This document shows, piece by piece, positions 1 through 8,628 of a stretch of 64,000 nt of DNA. This DNA is from a virus (Duplodnaviria > Caudoviricetes). The notes under the pieces were generated by a model. That model did no database searches and had not been told where the DNA came from. It saw nothing but the letters and a program-made list of their open reading frames with translations. Position 1 is the first letter of the stretch. The number at the start of each line of letters is the position of its first letter. The position numbers and the translations under genes were made by a program. The stretch spans positions 1 through 64,000 of the IMG/VR virus record IMGVR_UViG_3300021400_000621; one strand, written 5' to 3'.

Positions 1-1
1 T

Positions 2-424
2 TGGTCAATAGATGATTTTATAGATGTAGACTTCAATACATCTGAGTTTTGTGTTGACATAGAAAATGAATGTGTATTTATTCCTCTTAATCCAAGAGAA
101 GAAGAAAGTAAAATGTTTATGGATTTTATTGGGGAAGAATATGGAGAATACGATATGGATGCAGATGTACTTGGTATACTGCATGAGATAGGTCATATCT
201 TTACATATGATGAAAGTCTTGCCAGAGCAAGAGAGGTAAAAGTATTAAGATTAAGATTAGATTTTGATGCGGCCGCATCAAATTTAAAAGAATATAACTT
301 TGCATATTTTAGGATTCCCGCAGAAATCTATGCTACGGATTGGGCTGTTGATTATTATAATATGAATCGCGAAAAATGTGATGCTTTGGCAGCAGTACTA
401 AAAACAGAAAAAGGGATAGCATAA
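2..424 (+). CDS. Partial HExxH metallopeptidase-like protein (5' truncated by window)
   Basis: Frame is open from position 2 through the tracked ORF 113..424; contains ILHEIGH. Confidence 0.55.
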   Translation, partial: WSIDDFIDVDFNTSEFCVDIENECVFIPLNPREEESKMFMDFIGEEYGEYDMDADVLGILHEIGHIFTYDESLARAREVKVLRLRLDFDAAASNLKEYNFAYFRIPAEIYATDWAVDYYNMNREKCDALAAVLKTEKGIA

Positions 425-435
425 AGCTATCCCTT
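411..435. terminator. Bidirectional intrinsic terminator
   Basis: AAGGGATAGC-ataaa-GCTATCCCTT perfect stem between convergent genes, flanked by A and T tracts. Confidence 0.8.
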
Positions 436-441
436 ATTTTT

Positions 442-786
442 TTATGATTCTACTTTAAACCATAAATCACCTGTTGATTGATTAGTTGGTTGTGTTTTAC
501 TAACAATCGCAGAAAAGGTGCTAAAATTACTATCATTGGTTAAATCGCTTGTTTTACTTGGAATAGTTGGTTTATTCTTAATATATGCATCGGATGAAGT
601 AGAGGTAACGTTCCAATCTGACTGCACATTTACTTCTGCGCCTGATGCAATGCCAGATAATTTATTCTTTTCTGTTGTTGTGTAGTTATTATCCGTATGA
701 ACATAACTGCTATCTACAACTGCATTGTTGTCTTTGATGTCATAAGTGGTTCCATTCGGTAATTTAACTGAGCTAATATAAGCCAC
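442..786 (-). CDS. Virion fibre/decoration protein
   Basis: HTDNNYTTTEKNKLSGIASGAEVNVQSDWN...AYIKNKP fibre-type motif; N-terminus resembles that of 801..2060. Confidence 0.6.
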   Translation of the reverse strand: MAYISSVKLPNGTTYDIKDNNAVVDSSYVHTDNNYTTTEKNKLSGIASGAEVNVQSDWNVTSTSSDAYIKNKPTIPSKTSDLTNDSNFSTFSAIVSKTQPTNQSTGDLWFKVES

Positions 787-800
787 TTAAATCACCTCCT

Positions 801-2060
801 CTACTGTCCTTTTGTTACACTAACATCTGTAGTATTCTTAAGAACAGTAACCTTATCATTTGTTCCAACTGTAATTGTTTGTGCTGCGGCAGTACCTGTT
901 CCAACATTAGTAACTGCTGTAACTTTATCATTAGTTCCAACTGTAATTGTTGGCTGAGTTGAAGTAGCTGAACTGATTCCAGTTGCAACTTGAACTTTAC
1001 CAGTACCACTTGTAGTATCTGTGGCAAGAGTAACAGTTGGTTGTGAAGTAACTTTAACACCTGTTAATGCATTAGCTGTGCTTGGGGTTCCAAGTCCTGT
1101 TAATGCACTTGCGGAATCGCCAATTGTAATATCTGTTACTACTGCTGCACCAGTACCAGCTGTTGTAGCTGCACCTGTAGCAACTGTTTTTGCAGTACCA
1201 AGTGTTGTATTTGTAGCAGTTAGATTTGTACCAAGAGTAACTTTAGAAGCACTAACGTCGCTACCATTTCCACCACCAATAATTAATGTTTCTGCGGCAG
1301 CGCCACTTCCCATTGTAAAGGACCAAGTAGACTTGTTTGCAGTTACGCTATCATTACCAGTTACATTAGGAATTGATACGCTTGTATTACCAGTTACATT
1401 AGGAACTGTTGTTGTAACTAATTTCTTTGTTGTATCAGCAGATACAGACTTTACGAATGTATCTGATGTAGCATCTGGATAACCTGTTACTGCGGCCGCA
1501 GTACCATTAGCTCCTACAGCAACACCAGATGCGCTACCTTTAATATAAGTAGTCTTTGGAGTAACAGTAATAGTTGGTGTACTTGATGTGAATGTAGTAT
1601 TTTCACCAAGTGCAACATCTGTTGCACCCCCTGTAAAAGTAACTGCTGAACTTGCATTGGTAAAAGTAGTAGCTTCACCAAGTACAACATCAGTTTGTTT
1701 AGTTAAAGAAACATCGGTAACTACATCAGTTAAATTTAATTGAGTATCACCTATTTTCTCCCAAGTTTTAGTATCACTGCCTATAACAACATATTCATCA
1801 TAAATATCTAGGGTTTGACTACTTGGGGTAGAAGAAGACTTAACTAAATAGAAAGCACCAGATTGAGCATCTGCAGCTTCTAAAGTACCAGTCACACCAC
1901 CAGCAACAACACCCTTAGGTATGGCAGCAGCATCAGGAGTTCCTGTTCCATCCCAGGCAACAATAAAAGATACACCACCAGAGATCATTTCACGTGCGAC
2001 AGCATCCTTTATGTCATAGGTATTACCAGAAGGTAATGTTATTTTACTAATATCTGCCAT
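801..2060 (-). CDS. Thr/Gly/Ala/Val-rich virion fibre-like protein
   Basis: 419 aa low-complexity beta-rich sequence with internal repeats (TITVGTNDKVT x2, PNVTGN x2); GGAG RBS. Confidence 0.6.
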   Translation of the reverse strand: MADISKITLPSGNTYDIKDAVAREMISGGVSFIVAWDGTGTPDAAAIPKGVVAGGVTGTLEAADAQSGAFYLVKSSSTPSSQTLDIYDEYVVIGSDTKTWEKIGDTQLNLTDVVTDVSLTKQTDVVLGEATTFTNASSAVTFTGGATDVALGENTTFTSSTPTITVTPKTTYIKGSASGVAVGANGTAAAVTGYPDATSDTFVKSVSADTTKKLVTTTVPNVTGNTSVSIPNVTGNDSVTANKSTWSFTMGSGAAAETLIIGGGNGSDVSASKVTLGTNLTATNTTLGTAKTVATGAATTAGTGAAVVTDITIGDSASALTGLGTPSTANALTGVKVTSQPTVTLATDTTSGTGKVQVATGISSATSTQPTITVGTNDKVTAVTNVGTGTAAAQTITVGTNDKVTVLKNTTDVSVTKGQ

Positions 2061-2073
2061 GTGTTCTCCCCTT

Positions 2074-2466
2074 CTAATTTCTATTGAACACTAATAGTTC
2101 ATCTAATACCTCGCCATGAATTGCTTCATAGGCATCATCTATATTGACTTTATTATTCCAAAAAACTTTTTCTTGAAGAGTCGTATGTATCTCTTGGTTT
2201 TGGATATGCTCCATTAGAATATCCTTTGTCTTTTCATCAACAAAAGCTAAATCTTGTACATAGGCATTACCAGTACCAATTTTAATATTAGGAATATTAA
2301 CTGTTTTAGTTACAGTTTCACCATACTCTTGCACTGTATAAGTTTTTATTTCATAATCATCATAAACTATTAGTTCACCAGAAAGTGGAATAAATCCTCT
2401 CGCATTATTCCAATTTTCTGTTGTATCATGTTTAATTTTTATTCTTGAATTAATTGTAGCACTCAT
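2074..2466 (-). CDS. Virion protein with Mtd_N/hyaluronidase-N-like domain
   Basis: RIKIKHDTTENW...IPLSGELIVY resembles the fibre N-terminal module; GGAGG RBS. Confidence 0.55.
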   Translation of the reverse strand: MSATINSRIKIKHDTTENWNNARGFIPLSGELIVYDDYEIKTYTVQEYGETVTKTVNIPNIKIGTGNAYVQDLAFVDEKTKDILMEHIQNQEIHTTLQEKVFWNNKVNIDDAYEAIHGEVLDELLVFNRN

Positions 2467-2476
2467 ACCACACCTC

Positions 2477-2743
2477 CTAAATCATTGTGGTACTTGTTCC
2501 ACAATCCAATATCAAATCATCCAAAGCAATTGTTTCATTGTTAATAATAATACCATTGCCCGCGGTATAATTAGTAGAACTATAAGGTAATAAATTCCAT
2601 GGAGTAATACCGTCTCCAATTTTAAATCTTTGAGTATCTATTTCAATACCCATTTCACCCTTACCAAGTATAGGATTAGCTAAAACCCAATTTTCAGTTG
2701 TATCATTTCTAAGTAAGATTCTTAAATTAATTATTTTATCCAT
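2477..2743 (-). CDS. Virion protein with Mtd_N/hyaluronidase-N-like domain
   Basis: RILLRNDTTENWVLANPILGKGEMGIEIDTQRFKIGDGITPWNLLPY is the typical motif. Confidence 0.7.
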   Translation of the reverse strand: MDKIINLRILLRNDTTENWVLANPILGKGEMGIEIDTQRFKIGDGITPWNLLPYSSTNYTAGNGIIINNETIALDDLILDCGTSTTMI

Positions 2744-2755
2744 ATTCTACACCTC

Positions 2756-3100
2756 CTACCAATCCCAAGCATTCCCACCATAAATAGTTTCATAATTAGA
2801 AATGCCAATAGAAGAATAGGATGGACCGGTAATCCCATAAAGAAATAAATCTCCTGTGGATGTGTTCACATATATATAACCTGGTTCTCCAACCTCAGGA
2901 AACTCTGAACGAGAAGCATAATTTTTATATACATTAGTAAGATCCCTCACGGGATTTAAACATATTCTTTGAAGGACACCATTAACTTTTCCATCTATAT
3001 AGAAATGTCCATCTTCTGGAGTAAAATAGGCATAGCCTATATGTAAAGGCGCGTCTTCAAAATGTTCTTTAGTTCCATAATGAACTTTAAAATGTGCCAT
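2756..3100 (-). CDS. Hypothetical virion-associated protein
   Basis: First gene of the minus-strand structural block; YASRSEFPEVGEPGYIYV motif common in phage fibre proteins. Confidence 0.5.
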   Translation of the reverse strand: MAHFKVHYGTKEHFEDAPLHIGYAYFTPEDGHFYIDGKVNGVLQRICLNPVRDLTNVYKNYASRSEFPEVGEPGYIYVNTSTGDLFLYGITGPSYSSIGISNYETIYGGNAWDW

Positions 3101-3173
3101 ATTTTATCCCCCTTTATTGTTCTCTTTTAATTTTTAAAAATATATTATGACAAGTTAAACAAAGCTGTCCTTA

Positions 3174-3202
3174 TTGACTTTATTAAAAATATATGATAAA
3201 AT
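3174..3202 (+). promoter_or_regulatory. Sigma-A/70-type early promoter
   Basis: TTGACT-17 nt-TAAAAT with TG extended -10. Confidence 0.7.
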
Positions 3203-3235
3203 ATTATAGAAAATATGAAGAAGAAGGTGATGATT

Positions 3236-3952
3236 ATGAATAAAGTTTATGCAGTAAGTGATTTGCATGGACAATATGAGTTATGGATGCAAATTAAAGA
3301 GTTCTTAAGTCCTAGTGATACTTTAATCTGTCTAGGCGATTGTGTAGATAGAGGTCCAAGTGGTTTTGATATTTTAATCGAAATGCTAGACAGACCAAAC
3401 ACTATTATGCTTAAAGGGAATCATGAAGCCCTAATGTTACAAGATTATTATACCATAAAAAATCATGAAATGCAAATTGATCCCTATTCATGTCTTTGGT
3501 TTCAAAATGGGGGATATGACACATATCAAAATATTATAAAATGTTATGGTGCAAAATGTGTTGATATGGTATTTAGAGAAGTAGAAAGACTTCCAATCAC
3601 TCATATTGATTCTTGTAATGGAAAACTAATTATTTTAAACCATTGCGGCTTTACTCCCGGACTTCCTTATGACGAGTTATGGGACCGCTATCATCTAACC
3701 GATGTGTGGCCTGAGGGTTATGACAATGTATATATTATACATGGACACACACCAGTACAGCATCTCTGGCGTAAAGGTGTCTATACTGCGGCAAGAGGAA
3801 CAGAAGATGTAGTGCAGTATTGCGGCGGTCATAAAATTGATATTGATTTAGGATGTTTTGCAATCTATAAAACTTGTTTATTAGATTTGGATACATTTGA
3901 ACCAATCTATTTCTACGGAAAGGATTATGTAAATTATGAGAACAGAAACTAA
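3236..3952 (+). CDS. Ser/Thr protein phosphatase-like metallophosphoesterase (lambda NinI/PPP type)
   Basis: DLHG, GDCVDRG, GNHE, HGHT, IDLG motifs; start placed at the ATG after AAGGTG RBS (track starts 3215). Confidence 0.85.
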   Translation: MNKVYAVSDLHGQYELWMQIKEFLSPSDTLICLGDCVDRGPSGFDILIEMLDRPNTIMLKGNHEALMLQDYYTIKNHEMQIDPYSCLWFQNGGYDTYQNIIKCYGAKCVDMVFREVERLPITHIDSCNGKLIILNHCGFTPGLPYDELWDRYHLTDVWPEGYDNVYIIHGHTPVQHLWRKGVYTAARGTEDVVQYCGGHKIDIDLGCFAIYKTCLLDLDTFEPIYFYGKDYVNYENRN

Positions 3953-4109
3953 AGAATTATTCACAATTATTATAAATTCAATAGAAGAATATAGAAATGA
4001 ACTTGCTGAGCGGCCAGACGTACAAAAACTCTCACCTAAGTATCAGCAAGGTTTACAAGATGGTATGCTTTTAATTATTAAGAGATTGGAGGCGACAATT
4101 AATGAATAG
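3936..4109 (+). CDS. Small hypothetical protein (57 aa, not in ORF track)
   Basis: MRTETKELFTIIINSIEEYRNELAERPDVQ...EATINE; overlaps both neighbours like a coupled operon gene. Confidence 0.55.
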   Translation: MRTETKELFTIIINSIEEYRNELAERPDVQKLSPKYQQGLQDGMLLIIKRLEATINE

Positions 4110-4881
4110 ATTTTTCTTTATAGGCGATTTACATGGAGATACTGCTCCTATAGGTCATCTTGATAAAGAAGTAAATTTGGATGGTTTAGACTGGGTAATT
4201 TTACTTGGTGATTCTGGAATAAATTATTGGGCAAATAGACCCAATAGGATGAAAGTAATTAAAGAAGAATTTGGATGTTTCCCCTGTAAGTTCTTTGTTA
4301 TTAGAGGAAACCATGAAGAACGGGCGGAAAAGCTTGCCGCCACGGATCCAGATGCATGGGAAATAATGCTCCTGGCAGATGGAATCATGGGACTGGCCCG
4401 CCGCGAAAAAGAGTTCTCTAATATCTACTATGCTCTTGATGTACCTTCAGTGTATAGAATTAATGGGTATAGCACACTTATTCTTCCAGGTGCATATTCA
4501 GCAGACAAATTCTATCGTTTAGAGCGTCATTATAACTGGTTTGAAAATGAACAGCTTTCAGATGCAGAACAGGTCATAGGTAGAGAATTGGCATATTTAT
4601 CAGACCATTATGATTTTATTCTTTCTCATACTTGTCCTGTTGAATATGAACCAACAGATTTATTTCTTCCTATGATAGACCAGATAACAGTTGATAAAAC
4701 TATGGAATTGTATTTTTCAGATATTAATAAGATTACTAAATCTAACTTCTGGATATTTGGTCATTATCATGCTACTCGTGTATATCCACTACGACCAGGC
4801 GAAGGGCAGAAAATAATGCTATTTCAAAATGCTATTGAAATGAGCGATATTTTAAAAGGAAATTATTGGGCAACAATATAG
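4102..4881 (+). CDS. Calcineurin-like metallophosphoesterase
   Basis: GDLHG, LGDSG, RGNHE, LSHTCP, FGHYH motifs. Confidence 0.85.
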   Translation: MNRFFFIGDLHGDTAPIGHLDKEVNLDGLDWVILLGDSGINYWANRPNRMKVIKEEFGCFPCKFFVIRGNHEERAEKLAATDPDAWEIMLLADGIMGLARREKEFSNIYYALDVPSVYRINGYSTLILPGAYSADKFYRLERHYNWFENEQLSDAEQVIGRELAYLSDHYDFILSHTCPVEYEPTDLFLPMIDQITVDKTMELYFSDINKITKSNFWIFGHYHATRVYPLRPGEGQKIMLFQNAIEMSDILKGNYWATI

Positions 4882-4917
4882 TTGCCCATTTATTTTTTTA
4901 AAATTTTATGATATAAT
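4867..4917 (+). promoter_or_regulatory. Terminator hairpin fused to promoter
   Basis: TGGGCAAC-aatata-GTTGCCCA stem, then TTTATT-17 nt-TATAAT with TG. Confidence 0.55.
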
Positions 4918-4947
4918 AAATTATAAAGTGAAAGGAAGTGATTTTGA

Positions 4948-5139
4948 ATGTATGTAGATAGAGATAAAGCAATTTGGTGGTTTATAGAACATTTTACCAA
5001 AGAAGATTCATATACTGTAGAAGGTCAAAAAATATTCCAATATATTGATACTCATATGGATATACCGACTTATCAAACTGCTTCTGAATACAAGAATGAT
5101 TTTGAAGAATCTATCGCCAATGGCTGGATTTATGGATAG
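4948..5139 (+). CDS. Hypothetical protein
   Basis: RBS (AAGGAAG) and operon position. Confidence 0.6.
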   Translation: MYVDRDKAIWWFIEHFTKEDSYTVEGQKIFQYIDTHMDIPTYQTASEYKNDFEESIANGWIYG

Positions 5140-5153
5140 AAAGGAAATAATTT

Positions 5154-5450
5154 ATGTTTACACAGTCTATTGAATTTGGTCTTACTAATGGCATCACTGA
5201 AATAGTTAATTTTACTGTTTATGGCGATGGTGATGAAGCTGCTGATATGCTTTATAGCTTAATTATAGATTATTGGAAATCTAAGGAGTGGCAGACCAAA
5301 GGAATTAATTTGCCAACTCAGGAAGATATTACTAATTTTATTTTAAATAATGAAGACTTAGATGATAAAGAATATTATTTGTCTAATATAGATACATTAT
5401 TTGTAGATTATAATTCAATGTTTGAAGATAAGTGGTTTAGATTTGTATGA
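5154..5450 (+). CDS. Hypothetical acidic protein
   Basis: AAAGGA RBS, operon position. Confidence 0.6.
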   Translation: MFTQSIEFGLTNGITEIVNFTVYGDGDEAADMLYSLIIDYWKSKEWQTKGINLPTQEDITNFILNNEDLDDKEYYLSNIDTLFVDYNSMFEDKWFRFV

Positions 5451-5524
5451 AGACTATGAATTTATTGGCAGGACAAGCGATGTGATTGCAGCCGCGCAAT
5501 TTATAACAAAAGGGTGAAATTATA

Positions 5525-5719
5525 ATGAACAGTAAACCTCCTATTGGTATTACTCCTCGTTGGTTCCTTGATGAAAAACGCGAAGCAGAAATATGGAGAG
5601 CTATTACAAAATATGGTGAAGCCGGTTATCCAATTCCTATGGAGTGGTATCAAGAATTAGATGAAATTATTGAGCGTTTATCTCCTATAAACCTATATAT
5701 GAAAGAAAATGATTATTAA
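5525..5719 (+). CDS. Hypothetical phage protein
   Basis: KPPIGITPRWF...IPMEWYQEL, a small phage-type protein; RBS present. Confidence 0.6.
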   Translation: MNSKPPIGITPRWFLDEKREAEIWRAITKYGEAGYPIPMEWYQELDEIIERLSPINLYMKENDY

Positions 5720-5771
5720 TGAGATGTAACACCATTTTATTCTCAATGTGGTGTTGATATGAAAGGAATAA

Positions 5772-5966
5772 ATGATGAAATTTCTTGTAAATGAATTGCC
5801 AGACTTTTATGATGACTGTCCATTCAGCAAAGAAGAATGGAGAAACGAAAGTTGGGTAGCGATTTGCACTTTAATGAGATGCACATGTAATCTCAATAAT
5901 TCCCGATACGCAACCGAATGTTATGGTCTAAAAGAATTAAAAGGAGGAGGTGATATTTATGAGTAA
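5772..5966 (+). CDS. Hypothetical Cys-containing protein
   Basis: AAAGGA RBS; several Cys residues. Confidence 0.55.
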   Translation: MMKFLVNELPDFYDDCPFSKEEWRNESWVAICTLMRCTCNLNNSRYATECYGLKELKGGGDIYE

Positions 5967-6192
5967 CAATACAAGATTAATTTGGGAATTTTTAAAAACC
6001 CATCAAGTTGCAGAAATGTCAGAAATAGTGACAATATTTAATATAGAACCTCGTTCATTTTGGGCTTGCACAAATACATTATTGCAAACTGGATGGATTA
6101 ATCGTAAGAAATTATGCGATATTGAAGGCGAACATATTTATATTGAAATATCAAAGTATGGAAGGGAGCTGATGTTGAATGAGATGTCTTGA
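5959..6192 (+). CDS. Putative winged-helix DNA-binding protein
   Basis: IWEFLK...SEIVTIFNIEPRSFWACTNTLLQTGWI pattern; GGAGGAGG RBS before ATG 5959. Confidence 0.45.
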   Translation: MSNNTRLIWEFLKTHQVAEMSEIVTIFNIEPRSFWACTNTLLQTGWINRKKLCDIEGEHIYIEISKYGRELMLNEMS

Positions 6193-6400
6193 TGGGTGTG
6201 GATATTACTATGCAGACCTTGATGATGAGTGTAAGCCTTTGACACTTAACTATTGTCATTTCTCTGGGCCAGAAGGATACGCGCCATGTGAAGCAGAGCC
6301 GCAAGGCGAATATGGCTATGAGTCACTTATAGATGATGAAGAATACTGGATTCATGAATTTGGTCAGCCATATGATTATGGTGATGATTATTGGATATAG
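6179..6400 (+). CDS. Hypothetical acidic Cys/Tyr-rich protein
   Basis: GGAG RBS, coupled to upstream gene. Confidence 0.55.
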   Translation: MRCLDGCGYYYADLDDECKPLTLNYCHFSGPEGYAPCEAEPQGEYGYESLIDDEEYWIHEFGQPYDYGDDYWI

Positions 6401-6409
6401 GAGGGCAAA

Positions 6410-6544
6410 ATGAAATTTAAAATTGTGCGAGCTTCTACGTGGGAGACTCTTGAAATTATAGAAAAAAATAGTTTAGAAGATGCTTGTGCCTATGTAATTA
6501 AATGGTATGGAGAAGATTCTGATACTGATATAGAAATATTATAA
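6410..6544 (+). CDS. Small hypothetical protein (44 aa, not in track)
   Basis: GGAGGG RBS then MKFKIVRASTWETLEIIEKNSLEDACAYVIKWYGEDSDTDIEIL. Confidence 0.5.
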   Translation: MKFKIVRASTWETLEIIEKNSLEDACAYVIKWYGEDSDTDIEIL

Positions 6545-6556
6545 TGAGGTTATGAT

Positions 6557-7789
6557 ATGCTAAATAAAGATAATCAAAGAGAACTATGCTATGTAGTAAC
6601 AATAGATGAAATCAAACCAATAGAAGATAAAGATAGGGTAGAGTGTGCGGTTGTAGGCGGCTGGACTATCATGGTTAAGAAAGACCAGTTCCATCCTGGT
6701 GATGCGGGAATTTATTTTGAAATTGACTCTAAGGTTCCTGCGGCGGCACCGTTTGAGTTCCTTGAACCTAAGCACTATAAGATTAAGACCCAGAAATATG
6801 GAAAGTTCTATTCACAGGGTCTTCTGATGCACCCATCTGATTTTGGTTGGGAAACTGCAATTGAGCCAGTTGGTGGAGTAAGAACTGAAGTCATTATAGA
6901 TGATGAGGGTAAGGCACATTATCCAGATGATGAATCTAGATTCCTTACTAAAAAACTAGGTGTTGTATACTCTGTCAAAGAAGATAACAAGCGTAAGGGT
7001 AAAGGCCCAGATAAATATGCAAAGATGGTACAGCGCCATAGAAAGCTTTTTGCTAAGGCACCTTTTAAATGGCTAATGAGGAGAACTTGGGGTAAGAAAT
7101 TCCTGTTTGTTTTCTTCGGCAAAGCGAAAGATAAAAGAAATTGGCCAGCTTGGGTTTCTAAAACAGATGAAGAACGTGTTGAAAACATGACATGGGTGCT
7201 GGAAGATAAAGGACCATGGATTGCGACAGAAAAGATTGATGGAACTAGTACAACATTCACCATGAAGCGCGGCCGCGGACCTTTCGCCAAGAATGAATTT
7301 TATGTCTGCTCCCGCAATGTAATGTTTGATGAACCAAATAAACAGTGCTTCTATGATTCCAATGTATATCTTGAAATGGCTGAAAAATATAACATCAAAC
7401 AGCATCTTGAGGATATGCTTGGTAACTATCCTGAATGGGATTGGGTTACTATTCAGGGTGAAACATACGGCGCAGGTATTCAAAAAAATAACTATGACTT
7501 AAATGACCATAGATTTATGGCTTTCAACTTTATTACATCAGCTGATGGACGTTGGAGCACACCAGCAATGAGAGTATATCTTGAAAGTGGATATAATATT
7601 CCTTGTGTTCCAATTCTTTCTATAGCATATCAGCTTCCAGATACTGTTGAAGAACTTCGTGAATATGTCCATAGTGAACCATCAACTGTCAATGGAAAAA
7701 TTAAAGAAGGTATAGTATTTAGAAATCCAGAAAGTACAATATCATTCAAATGTGTTGACCCTGCTTATCTAATTAAATATCATTCATAA
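6557..7789 (+). CDS. RNA ligase, DRB0094/Rnl2-like family
   Basis: N-terminal OB/tRNA-binding-like domain (VGGWTIMVKK...YFEIDS, SQGLL) and nucleotidyltransferase motifs EKIDG, QGE, FNF, EGIV, FK. Confidence 0.85.
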   Translation: MLNKDNQRELCYVVTIDEIKPIEDKDRVECAVVGGWTIMVKKDQFHPGDAGIYFEIDSKVPAAAPFEFLEPKHYKIKTQKYGKFYSQGLLMHPSDFGWETAIEPVGGVRTEVIIDDEGKAHYPDDESRFLTKKLGVVYSVKEDNKRKGKGPDKYAKMVQRHRKLFAKAPFKWLMRRTWGKKFLFVFFGKAKDKRNWPAWVSKTDEERVENMTWVLEDKGPWIATEKIDGTSTTFTMKRGRGPFAKNEFYVCSRNVMFDEPNKQCFYDSNVYLEMAEKYNIKQHLEDMLGNYPEWDWVTIQGETYGAGIQKNNYDLNDHRFMAFNFITSADGRWSTPAMRVYLESGYNIPCVPILSIAYQLPDTVEELREYVHSEPSTVNGKIKEGIVFRNPESTISFKCVDPAYLIKYHS

Positions 7790-7795
7790 AATAGA

Positions 7796-7842
7796 GGTGG
7801 AAAATATTCCACCTTTATTTTTTTAAAAAATTATGATATAAT
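7796..7842 (+). promoter_or_regulatory. Terminator hairpin fused to promoter
   Basis: AGGTGGAA-aata-TTCCACCT stem; TTTATT(7814)-17 nt-TATAAT(7837) with TG. Confidence 0.6.
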
Positions 7843-7873
7843 AATATATATGAATGAAAGAAGGTGGTTAATA

Positions 7874-8158
7874 ATGGGAATTAGAATGAATCAATTTTTT
7901 TGTACTAAGTGTGGTAATAGAGGATTTGATATACCAAGAAAGGAAAATCGACAGCGACCCTCTGGTCATTTAAAGAAACTTTATTGTATTCATTGTCATG
8001 AAGATACTAATCATGTAGAAGTACGAGATTTAGGCAAATATACTTATAGAGATTTTTTGTGCGAATTTAATAACGGCAACTTTGATTCGGAAGGTAATAG
8101 AGTAACGACAAATTGGAAAGGTTTTGTTAATAATATGAAGAAGGAGGGGAAATATTAA
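7874..8158 (+). CDS. bL33-like zinc-ribbon protein with C-terminal extension
   Basis: CTKCG-23 aa-CIHC-xxx-T-x-H-x-E matches ribosomal protein L33 spacing (CxxCG...KKYCxxCxxxTxHxE). Confidence 0.55.
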   Translation: MGIRMNQFFCTKCGNRGFDIPRKENRQRPSGHLKKLYCIHCHEDTNHVEVRDLGKYTYRDFLCEFNNGNFDSEGNRVTTNWKGFVNNMKKEGKY

Positions 8159-8610
8159 TGGCAACTTTATATGTAATGTGCGGCATCCCTGGTTCTGGTA
8201 AATCGTATTATTGTAAGAAACATGCAAAGGATGGAGTTCATGTTTCAAGAGATACAATCAGATTTGCATTACTTGAAAATGATGATAATTATTTTGCTCA
8301 TGAAAATGAAGTATATGAAATTTTTTGGGAAAAAATAAATAAAGAATTAGCAGCTGGCCATAATGTATATGCTGACCAAACTTCTTTAACTCCTAATTCT
8401 AGAGGATGGTTACTTGCACATATTAAGGTACCTTGTGAAAAAGTTGCTATTGTAATGAATGTTCCTTTTGAAACTTGCCTTGAACGCAATGATGCAAGAA
8501 AAGGCAGAGAAAGAGTCCCTGATAAATCAATGTTAGGTATGTACGATAGCTTCTCATTTCCTACTATTGATGAAGGATTTGATAAAATAATAACAATATA
8601 TCATTGTTAA
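8158..8610 (+). CDS. Polynucleotide kinase-like P-loop kinase (AAA_33)
   Basis: CGIPGSGKS Walker A, SRD, DQT, RNDAR lid motif. Confidence 0.85.
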   Translation: MATLYVMCGIPGSGKSYYCKKHAKDGVHVSRDTIRFALLENDDNYFAHENEVYEIFWEKINKELAAGHNVYADQTSLTPNSRGWLLAHIKVPCEKVAIVMNVPFETCLERNDARKGRERVPDKSMLGMYDSFSFPTIDEGFDKIITIYHC

Positions 8611-8628
8611 AAGGTGGTGATATAAAAT

